From Nitrospina sp. (GTDB taxonomy: Bacteria > Nitrospinota > Nitrospinia > Nitrospinales > VA-1): a DNA stretch of 64,000 nt. This document shows positions 19,622 to 28,349 of the stretch, piece by piece (positions within the stretch are counted from its first letter, which is position 1; every line of letters begins with the position of its first letter). The stretch covers positions 118,335 to 182,334 of the forward strand of contig JABIAY010000049.1 of NCBI GenBank assembly GCA_018653085.1, given 5' to 3'. The notes beneath the pieces were generated by a model that saw only the letters and a list, made by a program, of their open reading frames with translations, made no database searches and had not been told where the DNA came from. The translations under genes and the position numbers were made by a program.

Positions 19622-20059
19622 ATGCAATTTGATAAAGAAACACAGGTTCGCATATTAAGGGTTGCCTCAGATCGGCAGCAGGGCAGGGAGGTCGAAGAAC
19701 TTGATGACAGGATATCTTATGTTATGGACCTGCACCCGGAGTTTGAAGAAATCTGGACGATGGGTGATATGGCGGCCTATCCTCAGGAGATCAACGGTCA
19801 GATCGTCAGTCCATTTGTGCACACGGTTCTCCACACCATTGTCGACAGTCAAATCAGAACTGAGCAACCCGAATTTGTGGTGAAGACCTTGAATAGGCTA
19901 CTGGGCCAGGGGTTGGAGGAGCATGAAGCTCTTCATGCAATCATTGCTTCCTTCGCGGATATTCATTTCGCAAGTTTTCGGCAGGGAAAACCCTTCGATC
20001 AACTGGATTACCAAAGTCGACTGGGTTATCTCTCTTATGAGGATAAGGAAGAGAAGTAG
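19622..20059 (+). CDS. DUF1841-like protein
   Basis: 145 aa. SPFVHTVLHTIVDSQI...EHEALHAI resembles the DUF1841 pattern as I remember it. TAG stop. Confidence 0.5.
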   Translation: MQFDKETQVRILRVASDRQQGREVEELDDRISYVMDLHPEFEEIWTMGDMAAYPQEINGQIVSPFVHTVLHTIVDSQIRTEQPEFVVKTLNRLLGQGLEEHEALHAIIASFADIHFASFRQGKPFDQLDYQSRLGYLSYEDKEEK

Positions 20060-20175
20060 TCCGGCGGTTCGCCCCTTGGCAGGGGAGGCCGATAGCAATG
20101 TCTCGTTAGGCCGAGAAAAAAGTTTGCTTGCTCAATGAGGCTATTGCTTACTGGGTCCAGCGTCACGCTGGCTAG
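20060..20175 (-). repeat. single copy of the intergenic hairpin-repeat family between convergent genes
   Basis: ggaggccgatagcaatgtctcgttaggccgagaa...gctattgc...ccagcg-tca-cgctgg aligns with the reverse complement of the 97-bp unit. It is bounded by the TAG stops of both flanking genes. Confidence 0.75.
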
Positions 20176-21041
20176 AGGGCTTTTTGTATGGTCTTGCCCA
20201 GGTCGGCAGGACTTTTCACTACTTTGATTCCACACCGCTTCATGATCTTCATTTTTTCCTCAGCGGTTCCCTGGCCTCCTGAGATGATGGCTCCGGCGTG
20301 TCCCATGCGTCGGCCTGGAGGTGCGGTCTGACCGGCGATGAACCCGACTACCGGTTTGGTAACATTTTTCTTGATGTAGTAGGCCGCTTCATCTTCGGCG
20401 GTCCCACCGATTTCACCGATCATGCAAATGGCTTTGGTGCCCCGGTCTCGTTGGAACAGTTTCAGTACATCGATGAACCGTGTACCGATGATGGGGTCGC
20501 CGCCAATTCCGACACAGGTGGACTGACCGATTCCCAACGCGGTCAACTGACCAACGGCTTCATAGGTCAGAGTTCCACTACGGGAAATGATGCCGACGTT
20601 ACCCTTTTTATGGATGTGGGCGGGCATGATTCCGATCTTTGCTTTACCTGGAGAAATGACACCTGGGCAATTGGGTCCGACCAACCGGCTTTCTGTGCCT
20701 TGCAGATATTTATAGACATTCACCATATCGCTGACAGGAATTCCCTCGGTGATGCAAATGATCAATTCGATACCGGCATCTGCCGCCTCTAAAATCGCAT
20801 CGGCGGCAAAGGGTGGTGGAACAAAGACCATGGTTGCGTTGGCCTTGGTTTTGACTACCGCGTCTCGCACCGTATTGAAGACAGGTACCTTTCCCAATAC
20901 GGTTTGTCCGCCTTTTCCCGGGGTCACACCACCTACGACCTTCGTTCCATATTTCATGGACTGTTCGGTATGGAACATACCTTCCCGGCCAGTGATGCCT
21001 TGCGTTATCAGTCTTGTGTTTTCATCAACGAGTATGCTCAT
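20172..21041 (-). CDS. sucD: succinate--CoA ligase subunit alpha
   Basis: 289 aa with the phosphohistidine loop [15 protein letters not shown] overlap with sucC. Confidence 0.95.
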   Translation of the reverse strand: MSILVDENTRLITQGITGREGMFHTEQSMKYGTKVVGGVTPGKGGQTVLGKVPVFNTVRDAVVKTKANATMVFVPPPFAADAILEAADAGIELIICITEGIPVSDMVNVYKYLQGTESRLVGPNCPGVISPGKAKIGIMPAHIHKKGNVGIISRSGTLTYEAVGQLTALGIGQSTCVGIGGDPIIGTRFIDVLKLFQRDRGTKAICMIGEIGGTAEDEAAYYIKKNVTKPVVGFIAGQTAPPGRRMGHAGAIISGGQGTAEEKMKIMKRCGIKVVKSPADLGKTIQKAL

Positions 21042-22198
21042 TTTATTGCTTTGACCACTTTTTGGGCTCCATCCTTCATTCCCTTTCCGATGGCGAAGTT
21101 CAGGCCGGAGTCTTTAAGAATTTGATGACCTTCTTCCATATTGGTACCTTCCATGCGTACCACTACCGGGATTTTAATATGTAGTTTTTTTGTTGCGGCG
21201 ACTACGCCCCGGGCAAGAATGTCACAGCGAAGAATGCCACCGAATATATTGATGAAGATTCCCTTTACAGCTGAATCGGAAAGGATGATGCGGAAGCCAT
21301 TTTCAATCATCTCTTCATCGGCTCCACCGCCGACATCAAGGAAGTTAGCTGGTTCTCCGCCAGATAATTTAATAATATCCATCGTTCCCATTGCCAGACC
21401 CGCTCCGTTAACCATACAGCCAATATTTCCATCCAACTTGATATAGTTCAGGTTGAATTTGCTGGCATCCACTTCTGAAGGATCTTCTTCATCCAGGTCC
21501 CGAAACTCCTGAGTGTCTTTATGGCGATACATTGCGTTGTCGTCAATGTCGACCTTCGCGTCCAGAGCCAGAACCCTGTCATCAGAAGTGATGACAAGAG
21601 GATTGATCTCCAGCATGGAGCAGTCTTCTTTTACAAACGCGTCGTAGAGATTAATGATGAAAGGAATGACGGCCTTTAACGCCGCACCTTTTATGTTCAG
21701 GGCGAAGGCTATTTTACGGGCCAGATAAGGTTGAACTCCGATCACCGGGTCCACCGTTTCTTTAATGATTTTTTCAGGGGTGTCTGCGGCAACTTCCTCA
21801 ATTTCCATTCCGCCCGCTTCACTGGCCATGATGAGAACCTGGCTGGTTTCCCGGTCGACAAGAATGCCCATATATAACTCTTTGGCGATGGACATGCCTT
21901 CTTCAATCAGCACTTTTTTTACCAGCCGACCTTCAGCACCGGTTTGGGGAGTGACGAGAGTCATGCCCAGAATATTGCCAGCATGTTTTTCGGCTTCTTG
22001 CGGACTTTTTGCCAGTTTGACACCGCCGCCTTTACCTCGTCCACCCGCATGAATCTGGGCTTTGACCACTACTACACTGGTGCCTATCTTTTTAGCGGCT
22101 TGAGCAGCCTCTGATTTTTTAGAAACCAGAATTCCGTTAGGCACAGGAACATTATATTTCCTCAAAATCTCTTTGGCTTGATACTCGTGAATCTTCAT
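21038..22198 (-). CDS. sucC: succinate--CoA ligase subunit beta
   Basis: 386 aa. [20 protein letters not shown] is the ATP-grasp N-terminus typical of SucC. Confidence 0.95.
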   Translation of the reverse strand: MKIHEYQAKEILRKYNVPVPNGILVSKKSEAAQAAKKIGTSVVVVKAQIHAGGRGKGGGVKLAKSPQEAEKHAGNILGMTLVTPQTGAEGRLVKKVLIEEGMSIAKELYMGILVDRETSQVLIMASEAGGMEIEEVAADTPEKIIKETVDPVIGVQPYLARKIAFALNIKGAALKAVIPFIINLYDAFVKEDCSMLEINPLVITSDDRVLALDAKVDIDDNAMYRHKDTQEFRDLDEEDPSEVDASKFNLNYIKLDGNIGCMVNGAGLAMGTMDIIKLSGGEPANFLDVGGGADEEMIENGFRIILSDSAVKGIFINIFGGILRCDILARGVVAATKKLHIKIPVVVRMEGTNMEEGHQILKDSGLNFAIGKGMKDGAQKVVKAIK

Positions 22199-22570
22199 GG
22201 ATTTCTTTTGATAAGTATTGAAAAAGTGTGCGCATTTTTAGCATAGGAAAAAGGCGCTTGTCAAAAAATAATAGAAAACCCGAAAACCTTGGTAAAGCGG
22301 CTTTCCCCTGAAAAATCGCATCGCGGATTAAATAAAAAAAGGGGTGGGGCGGGTTAAATCTCTAAACCGAATTAGAATGATATTATGTTGCCCCCTATTA
22401 GCTCTGAGACAAGCACGAGCCAAGGAAGAGCATATTGCGCAAAGAACTCACAAAGTTCTCACATCAAGTTTACGTCGCTTGTGGAATAATTGGACCTGAT
22501 TTTTGTCTTTACTTAGAGTCGAGGCGAGAGTAGATAGAAGCTAGATGTAAATTGTTGTGCTTGATGGTTT

Positions 22571-22768
22571 TTGCCGGATTGGTCTATGAAAAAGAAGGAA
22601 AAGCATAAGACGCTACTTGCGCAAGTGGGGGACTATGTCGGCCGGTATCAGGGAGGGGAGGATATCAGTCATGAACTGTTATCTTTTCTGAAAAACTGGT
22701 TGATGAAACACATTCTCGGGGTGGATCAAAAATATGCTGATTACCTCAATAGCAAGATGGAGGGTTAG
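22571..22768 (+). pseudogene. hemerythrin-like C-terminal fragment (probable remnant)
   Basis: 65 aa ending LLSFLKNWLMKHILGVDQKYADYL, which matches the last hemerythrin helix. There is an in-frame TGA 9 nt upstream of the TTG and no N-terminal half in any frame upstream. Confidence 0.45.
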
Positions 22769-22784
22769 TTAGTTTCTCTGAGTT

Positions 22785-23213
22785 CTAGCATTTTGATGCG
22801 ATATTTTTTGGGGGCTGGTGGTCGCCTTGCCCTGTATTGGTGGACGCGTTGTACAATTGCTCCCATGCTTCGCTAAGTGGGCCCAGTATATTTATGACAG
22901 TTTTCAGGGCTTGCTGGTCGGACTTGATATTCGCCAGTGTCAACTGGCTGAGTATAAATTGATATAAGGATTCCAGGCGCCCAGCCACTTCCCCCCCTTT
23001 TTTTAAATCCAGAGCCAGTGAGAGTTCGTTGATGATATCGTGCGTTTTGTTGATATATTTTCCCTGTCCGGCGATATCGCCCTTCTCAATGCTTTGCAAA
23101 GCCATGGTGGTAAATTTGATGGCTCCTTCATACATCATGAGAATGAGGCGACCTTGACTGGAGGTCGAGATTTCGTTTTTGCGGTATTGATTATGATATC
23201 TTGATGGACCCAT
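22785..23213 (-). CDS. fliS: flagellar export chaperone FliS
   Basis: 142 aa. LILMMYEGAIKF...LYQFILSQL is typical of the FliS four-helix bundle. Located downstream of fliD. Confidence 0.9.
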   Translation of the reverse strand: MGPSRYHNQYRKNEISTSSQGRLILMMYEGAIKFTTMALQSIEKGDIAGQGKYINKTHDIINELSLALDLKKGGEVAGRLESLYQFILSQLTLANIKSDQQALKTVINILGPLSEAWEQLYNASTNTGQGDHQPPKNIASKC

Positions 23214-23250
23214 GCTATTTTATTTCCCGGGTTGTTCAGATTGATTTTTA

Positions 23251-24846
23251 TTAACCACCACCACTGAATAAGGCTCTGATGCCATCAATGGATTGATCAA
23301 AGGCGTCTCTTTGGGAGTTTAATCGCCCCAATAAAACTTCGAGATTGGTAAACTTTTCTCTCAGGTCTTCTTCAAACAATACCAGCCGTTCTTCCAAATC
23401 GATAATGGTCTCGTCATAGTCTGCAATGGTTTCTGTCGCGGTATCGATTTCTGCTTCCAGAGGACCATCCAGGGATGAGTCAGTCAGGTTGGCGAGAATA
23501 CGATTGGTGAGTGCTGCCACGCCAAGGGTTAAAGTGATTGTTCCATAGTCGCCATCGGTGAGGCTGGAGACTCTAAAGTTCAACCCCTCTGCATCTGTTC
23601 CGTCCGCTCCTGCATAAAAGTTTCCTGACCCTGTAGCATCGACAAAAGTGGTGGAACCGGATGTGGCTAACTGTGGCACTCCACCAGAAACCTGGATATC
23701 GTAGCCACCTGATGCGGTTTCGGTGGTGAACCCGATAAAAGTCACTGCAGAACTTGAGGTGCTACCACTACTGGAAAATAATTCGCTAACGTTGGTAATA
23801 TCTTCGGCCATGGCATCGGTCAAATCCCCATCGTCAATGGAGAGGGTGCCATCGCTTAGTGTGCGAACTCCGATTTGTGAGAGATACTGAAAATCTCCGC
23901 TCACTCCCAATATTTCCTGACTGGCAGTTTCGCGAAGCTTTTGTTGCAGGTTCTGAACCGCGAAGTTGGCAAACAAAACACTCGTTTCTCCGGTGTCCGT
24001 ATTCAAAGATAACAGGTCATCCAAGTGCACCATCAATTCGTTGAAACCATCTACGTAAGCCTGGATTTTTCCTTTGATCGTGTCGGTGTCCGAACTCTGG
24101 GTAATGGTTCCGGAACCGGCGGACTCTAAAGTGATAATTGTCCCGGTTATGATATCGGTGACTGTGTTAGTGGATTTGGTAATAGCAACTCCATCGAGAA
24201 CAAGGCTTGCGTCTTGAGCGGCCTGGGTTTCTGTAAAAGTGACAAGGGAGCCAGAGACACTGACAGCATTATCTGTTCCTGTCTGCGTTCCGGATAAAAC
24301 AAGGCGAACAGGATTGGTGTCACTACCATCGTTAAGAAAGGTTGCCTGTGCATTTATCCCGGAATTGTTGATAGCAAGTCTCAGCCCATCGGCTGTATCA
24401 TTCGTGGAGTCTATGGTAATGGTTGCGGAGGCTGCTCCTGCCACTATAGTGAATGTTCCCTGGGTAACGGCACCGCTGGTAGACGAAAAACCATCTGAAA
24501 TCAGTTTTGTTTCGTTGGCCAGATTGTTGACTGTTAAGGAAAAAGTCCCTGATGTAGCTTCGCTACTCGTGCTTAAACTGGCTACCGAATTTGTATCGCT
24601 GGAATTATTGTTAGAAAAATTACTTTGAGTGGATAAAAATTTGGCTTCCGTGTTGAGAGTGTTGACCACGCTTTTGAAAGTTTGCAGTCGACCCTTCAGG
24701 TCCTGAAAGGTCAGAAGCTTTGCTTCTTCCAAAGCCCGCTTGGCTTCAACCAGATTAATCGGGGTACGCTGGAGGGATACCAGGTTGTCGATAATGCCCC
24801 CGGTATCGAGGTTGGAGTTGATTCCAAAAATTGCAGCTTGAGCCAC
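23251..24846 (-). CDS. fliD: flagellar filament capping protein FliD
   Basis: 531 aa with a GTG start after GAAAGG. Conserved N-terminal (GINSNLDTGGIIDNLV) and C-terminal coiled-coil regions, with a Thr/Ser-rich centre. Confidence 0.85.
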   Translation of the reverse strand: MAQAAIFGINSNLDTGGIIDNLVSLQRTPINLVEAKRALEEAKLLTFQDLKGRLQTFKSVVNTLNTEAKFLSTQSNFSNNNSSDTNSVASLSTSSEATSGTFSLTVNNLANETKLISDGFSSTSGAVTQGTFTIVAGAASATITIDSTNDTADGLRLAINNSGINAQATFLNDGSDTNPVRLVLSGTQTGTDNAVSVSGSLVTFTETQAAQDASLVLDGVAITKSTNTVTDIITGTIITLESAGSGTITQSSDTDTIKGKIQAYVDGFNELMVHLDDLLSLNTDTGETSVLFANFAVQNLQQKLRETASQEILGVSGDFQYLSQIGVRTLSDGTLSIDDGDLTDAMAEDITNVSELFSSSGSTSSSAVTFIGFTTETASGGYDIQVSGGVPQLATSGSTTFVDATGSGNFYAGADGTDAEGLNFRVSSLTDGDYGTITLTLGVAALTNRILANLTDSSLDGPLEAEIDTATETIADYDETIIDLEERLVLFEEDLREKFTNLEVLLGRLNSQRDAFDQSIDGIRALFSGGG

Positions 24847-24906
24847 TTGGGGGGACCTTTCTTTGGCAGTTAAATTCGAGGTTGCGCACGAATCCTATCT
24901 CTAGAT

Positions 24907-24934
24907 TTATCGGCCTGTAAAAATATAAACTTTA
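24907..24934 (-). promoter_or_regulatory. sigma-28 (FliA) promoter of fliD-fliS
   Basis: The minus strand reads TAAAGTTT-N12-GCCGATAA, compared with the consensus TAAAGTTT-N11-GCCGATAA. It lies about 60 nt upstream of the fliD start. Confidence 0.75.
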
Positions 24935-25103
24935 ATCATTTTAAGGGTCTAAATTTCATACCAAAGCAGGTGGATTTTCTGAACAAAGAGACTGATTAAA
25001 CGGGGCTTAACTCCTTTAAATCTGTATGTTTATAAAAAAACGTTGATTTGGGAGGCGAGAATGCTAAATTAAGGACAATTTTCCATCAAAAATTGCGAGA
25101 AAT

Positions 25104-25721
25104 ATGTCGGAACAACTAGGACTTTTCGGAGAAACAGAGGATCAGGAGGCCCAAAAACCTGTGAAAGTGGCCTCAGGTCCGCGTGTGCAGTATTTCGACC
25201 TGGAAACCCAGAAAAGTGCTGAAGATGTGGGGGGCTGGGGCAATATCCATAAAATGGGCCTGGCTGTCGGAGTAGTTTGGGACAGCCTGGACCAGGAATT
25301 TTTCACTTATGAGGAAAAAGATGCCCGCCAATTGGTAGACAAACTCCGTACTGCTGACCTGGCAGTGGGATTCAACATCATTGGTTTTGACTACACGGTT
25401 CTTCAACCGTATTCCGATTTCGATCTGCAGGAAATAAACACCTTCGATATGCTTGTGGATGTCAAAAAGCAGTTGGGTTTTCGTCTGAGCCTCAACCATT
25501 TGGCACAGCACACGCTCAATGCTGAAAAATCCGCAGATGGATTGGTCTCCCTTCAATGGTACAAGGAAGGAAAGATCAGTAAAATTATCCAGTACTGCAA
25601 ACAGGATGTAGAAATTACCCGGGATTTATTTCTGTTCGGCGAGAAAAATGGCTATGTGAATTATCAGAGTAGATCCGGAAACCCGCTCAAGCTTGAAGTC
25701 AACTGGAAAGCCACCCTCTAA
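25104..25721 (+). CDS. RNase H-like / DEDD 3'-5' exonuclease domain protein
   Basis: 205 aa with acidic motifs YFDLET, GFNIIGFDYTVL and YCKQDVEITRDLF, arranged like Exo I-III of DnaQ/PolB-type exonucleases. Confidence 0.6.
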   Translation: MSEQLGLFGETEDQEAQKPVKVASGPRVQYFDLETQKSAEDVGGWGNIHKMGLAVGVVWDSLDQEFFTYEEKDARQLVDKLRTADLAVGFNIIGFDYTVLQPYSDFDLQEINTFDMLVDVKKQLGFRLSLNHLAQHTLNAEKSADGLVSLQWYKEGKISKIIQYCKQDVEITRDLFLFGEKNGYVNYQSRSGNPLKLEVNWKATL

Positions 25722-25784
25722 CGAGGGAGGCAGAGAGCAATGGTTCATCGAGTCCAGCGTCACGCTGGCCGGCGGCTACGCCGG
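25714..25784 (-). repeat. short (mini) copy of the intergenic hairpin-repeat family
   Basis: Three hairpins: ccctc-taac-gaggg (25714-25727), ccagcg-tca-cgctgg (25754-25768) and ccggcg-gcta-cgccgg (25769-25784). It also carries ggaggcagagagcaatgg, which is shared with the 97-bp unit. Confidence 0.6.
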
Positions 25785-26762
25785 AATTGTTTTGAGCAGT
25801 TTCTCGATCATATCTGCGACTTTAATATTCTCCGCCTCGGCCTTGAAGTTGAGAATGATACGGTGTTCCAGAACCTGACGGCAAACCGCCCGGACATCTT
25901 CAATGGTAGCGGCAAATCTATTGTCCATCAGAGCTTTGGCCTTGGCTCCCAGAATCAGATACTGTGAGGCACGCGGCCCGGCCCCCCAGTCAATCCATTC
26001 CCGAACGAAATCTGGCGTGCTTCCATTTTGATGCGGTCGGGTGCTTTGGACCAGTTCTACCGCATATTTCGCGACATGCTCGGAAACCGGGACTTGCGGT
26101 ACCAGGTTTTGAAACGCTACGACCTGTTCAGCATTGAGTACGGCTTTTAAATCGGGCGACTGCCCGGAGGTCGTGGACAGGGCAACATTAATTTCATCTT
26201 CTTTGCTGGGGTAGGAAACATTGATGATGAACATGAACCGGTCAAGCTGGGCCTCGGGTAGGGGATAGGTCCCCTCGTGCTCTATGGGATTCTGCGTGGC
26301 GAAAACCAGAAAAGGTTGATCAAGGGTGTAGGTGTTTCCGCCAACCGTCACCTTTTTTTCCTGCATGGCTTGTAGCAGGGCCGCCTGGGTTTTGGGCGGG
26401 GTGCGGTTGATTTCATCTGCCAGGATAATATTGGAAAAGACCGGTCCCTTGATAAACTGGAATACTCTTTTCCCCGTTACGGGGTCTTCGTGCAAGATTT
26501 CGGTGCCGGTAATATCCGATGGCATCAGGTCGGGAGTAAACTGGATGCGGCTGAACCCCAGGCTGAGAGCCTGAGACAGGGTGTTGACTAAAAGGGTTTT
26601 GGCCAGGCCCGGTACGCCCACAAATAGACAGTGTCCTTTGCAGAATAAAGCGATCAAAAGATCCTCAATCACTTTGTCCTGACCCACAATGGTTTTATGG
26701 ATTTCCTGAACGACTTCGTTCTTTGCCTTTAAAAGTTCCTGCACTAGTTGCAAATCTTTCAT
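25776..26762 (-). CDS. MoxR-family AAA+ ATPase
   Basis: Walker A GVPGLAKT and Walker B ILADEINR. ATG at 26762 after GGGAG is preferred over TTG at 26768. Confidence 0.9.
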   Translation of the reverse strand: MKDLQLVQELLKAKNEVVQEIHKTIVGQDKVIEDLLIALFCKGHCLFVGVPGLAKTLLVNTLSQALSLGFSRIQFTPDLMPSDITGTEILHEDPVTGKRVFQFIKGPVFSNIILADEINRTPPKTQAALLQAMQEKKVTVGGNTYTLDQPFLVFATQNPIEHEGTYPLPEAQLDRFMFIINVSYPSKEDEINVALSTTSGQSPDLKAVLNAEQVVAFQNLVPQVPVSEHVAKYAVELVQSTRPHQNGSTPDFVREWIDWGAGPRASQYLILGAKAKALMDNRFAATIEDVRAVCRQVLEHRIILNFKAEAENIKVADMIEKLLKTIPA

Positions 26763-26777
26763 GAACAATCTCCCTGA

Positions 26778-28349
26778 TCAATCTATATAGTTGAACTGCC
26801 GGGTTTGCAGTTCTTTTTCCCTGACCAACCCCAACTTACCATAAACATGGATCAGTCGCATATGCGCGAAAGGATTGAAAGGGTTGATATGCACCGCTTT
26901 TTCGAAATACACACGGGCTGTTTCATATTCTTGATTGGAAAAATGCAATTCTCCCATATTCGTGAGCGTCGTGTGAAAATCCGGGAAAAACGTCAGACTC
27001 TTCTTTAATAAAATTTCTGCTTCATGGTATTTGTGCGTTTGCAGGTAGGTTCCCGCAAGCTTGTTGAATAAAACCGGGGAATGGGTGGACGATTCAGCCA
27101 GTGCTTTTTTGTATTCAATGATGGCGGCTTTAAAATGGTCTCTTGATTTAAGAATATCGCCCAGGAATGTAAGGTTTCGGGCTTCCCGGGACTTCAGTTG
27201 TTTGTACTCCGGCTTTTCCGGTCCCTGCCTGTTTTTGAATTCTGGGGGCAGGGTTTCGATTCCAGGAATATTTTTAAGCTCCAGTTTTTTGGCCCAGCTT
27301 TCCCAGCTTTTTTGGAATTCTGCTAAATCCTGCCCAACATGTTTCATAAAGATGTTTTCAAACTCCGTACTTTTCATCCCCGCCCCTTCGGAAGCAAGGT
27401 CTTCCAATATACGAGGGAAAACGGTATTCCCTTTCAGCGATGCAAGGTACTCCATCATGGAAGACACTTCCGCATAAGCCAGTTGAACATCCTCGGCAGT
27501 TTTCAGTTTTGCGAGAGAGGGCATCATGGCTTCGAGCGGTACCCGGTAATCATTTTTTAAAGCATTGAAAAGTACTGTCTCCATGATGGGAGAAAGGTAT
27601 TGATTCTCACCGCGCCATTGGGTCTCCAGATATTTCGCAATACCTTCATGCATCCAGAGGGGCAGGTGGTTGCGGCTTTTTTTAGTTAACAGATAATGAA
27701 CGTATTCGTGGCTCAAGGTGTCCAGCCAATTGAATCCCCGTGCCAGCGAGCCGGGAGATATCATCATAATGCGGTTGTATTTGCAAAGTGCTACGGTTCC
27801 TGAAGTGAGAATGTCCTTGAGTGTCAACGGTGAAATTTTTGAGAACGGTCCTCGGTCCGAATAAAATTCCACCAGTACTTTTTCTTCCGGATAATAATTT
27901 AAAATTTTTCCCAGAACCTGATAGGAGGCCTCCATGGCTTTCTCTGCATAATGAATCAGGACTTCGTCAGGCCCTTCCTCGAAACGAAAGATGAAATGTT
28001 CGGTTTCCCGCGAGATGAAATTTCTGGAAGCCCTGCGGGTGGCATCGACATGGTTTTTGAATTCCTTGACCTCTTTAAAGTTGTCTCCAACCTGACGAAG
28101 AATATCCCAGGACCGCTCATAATTCCCTTTCATGAACTCAATCCGGGCTTGGAGAAAATGGGCGTCTCCGGAGTCAGGATATTTTTTTAAAAGTTGCTTT
28201 GAGAGTTTTTCTGCGGAGGCAATATCCCAATCCTGTACGAGTTGATAACCACGGTAAACTTCATCGGAAACCGGGAGCGAGGCAAAACTGTTTTGACTTC
28301 CCGCAAAGACCAGAACAAGTACTAATAGGATGTTGGAAATTTTTTTCAC
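26778..28349 (-). CDS. exported TPR protein with peptidase-MA-like (HExxH) domain
   Basis: 523 aa with a signal peptide MKKISNILLVLVLVFAGSQNSFA. HEYVHYL...LWMHEGIAKYLE resembles Peptidase_MA_2. TPR-like helices at both ends. GTGA overlap with the upstream gene. Confidence 0.7.
   Translation of the reverse strand: MKKISNILLVLVLVFAGSQNSFASLPVSDEVYRGYQLVQDWDIASAEKLSKQLLKKYPDSGDAHFLQARIEFMKGNYERSWDILRQVGDNFKEVKEFKNHVDATRRASRNFISRETEHFIFRFEEGPDEVLIHYAEKAMEASYQVLGKILNYYPEEKVLVEFYSDRGPFSKISPLTLKDILTSGTVALCKYNRIMMISPGSLARGFNWLDTLSHEYVHYLLTKKSRNHLPLWMHEGIAKYLETQWRGENQYLSPIMETVLFNALKNDYRVPLEAMMPSLAKLKTAEDVQLAYAEVSSMMEYLASLKGNTVFPRILEDLASEGAGMKSTEFENIFMKHVGQDLAEFQKSWESWAKKLELKNIPGIETLPPEFKNRQGPEKPEYKQLKSREARNLTFLGDILKSRDHFKAAIIEYKKALAESSTHSPVLFNKLAGTYLQTHKYHEAEILLKKSLTFFPDFHTTLTNMGELHFSNQEYETARVYFEKAVHINPFNPFAHMRLIHVYGKLGLVREKELQTRQFNYID

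Noticed and set aside
20057-20175. Target-site duplication (CTAG/TAG) as evidence that the repeat family is an IS5-type MITE.
   Set aside because: TAG/CTAG flanks are clear at this locus and CTAG occurs at the ndk end. The other ends are not consistent (25714, about 54700, 59090; right ends read ctac, ctaa, ctat). I kept the TAG-stop association as an observation but make no claim of mobility.
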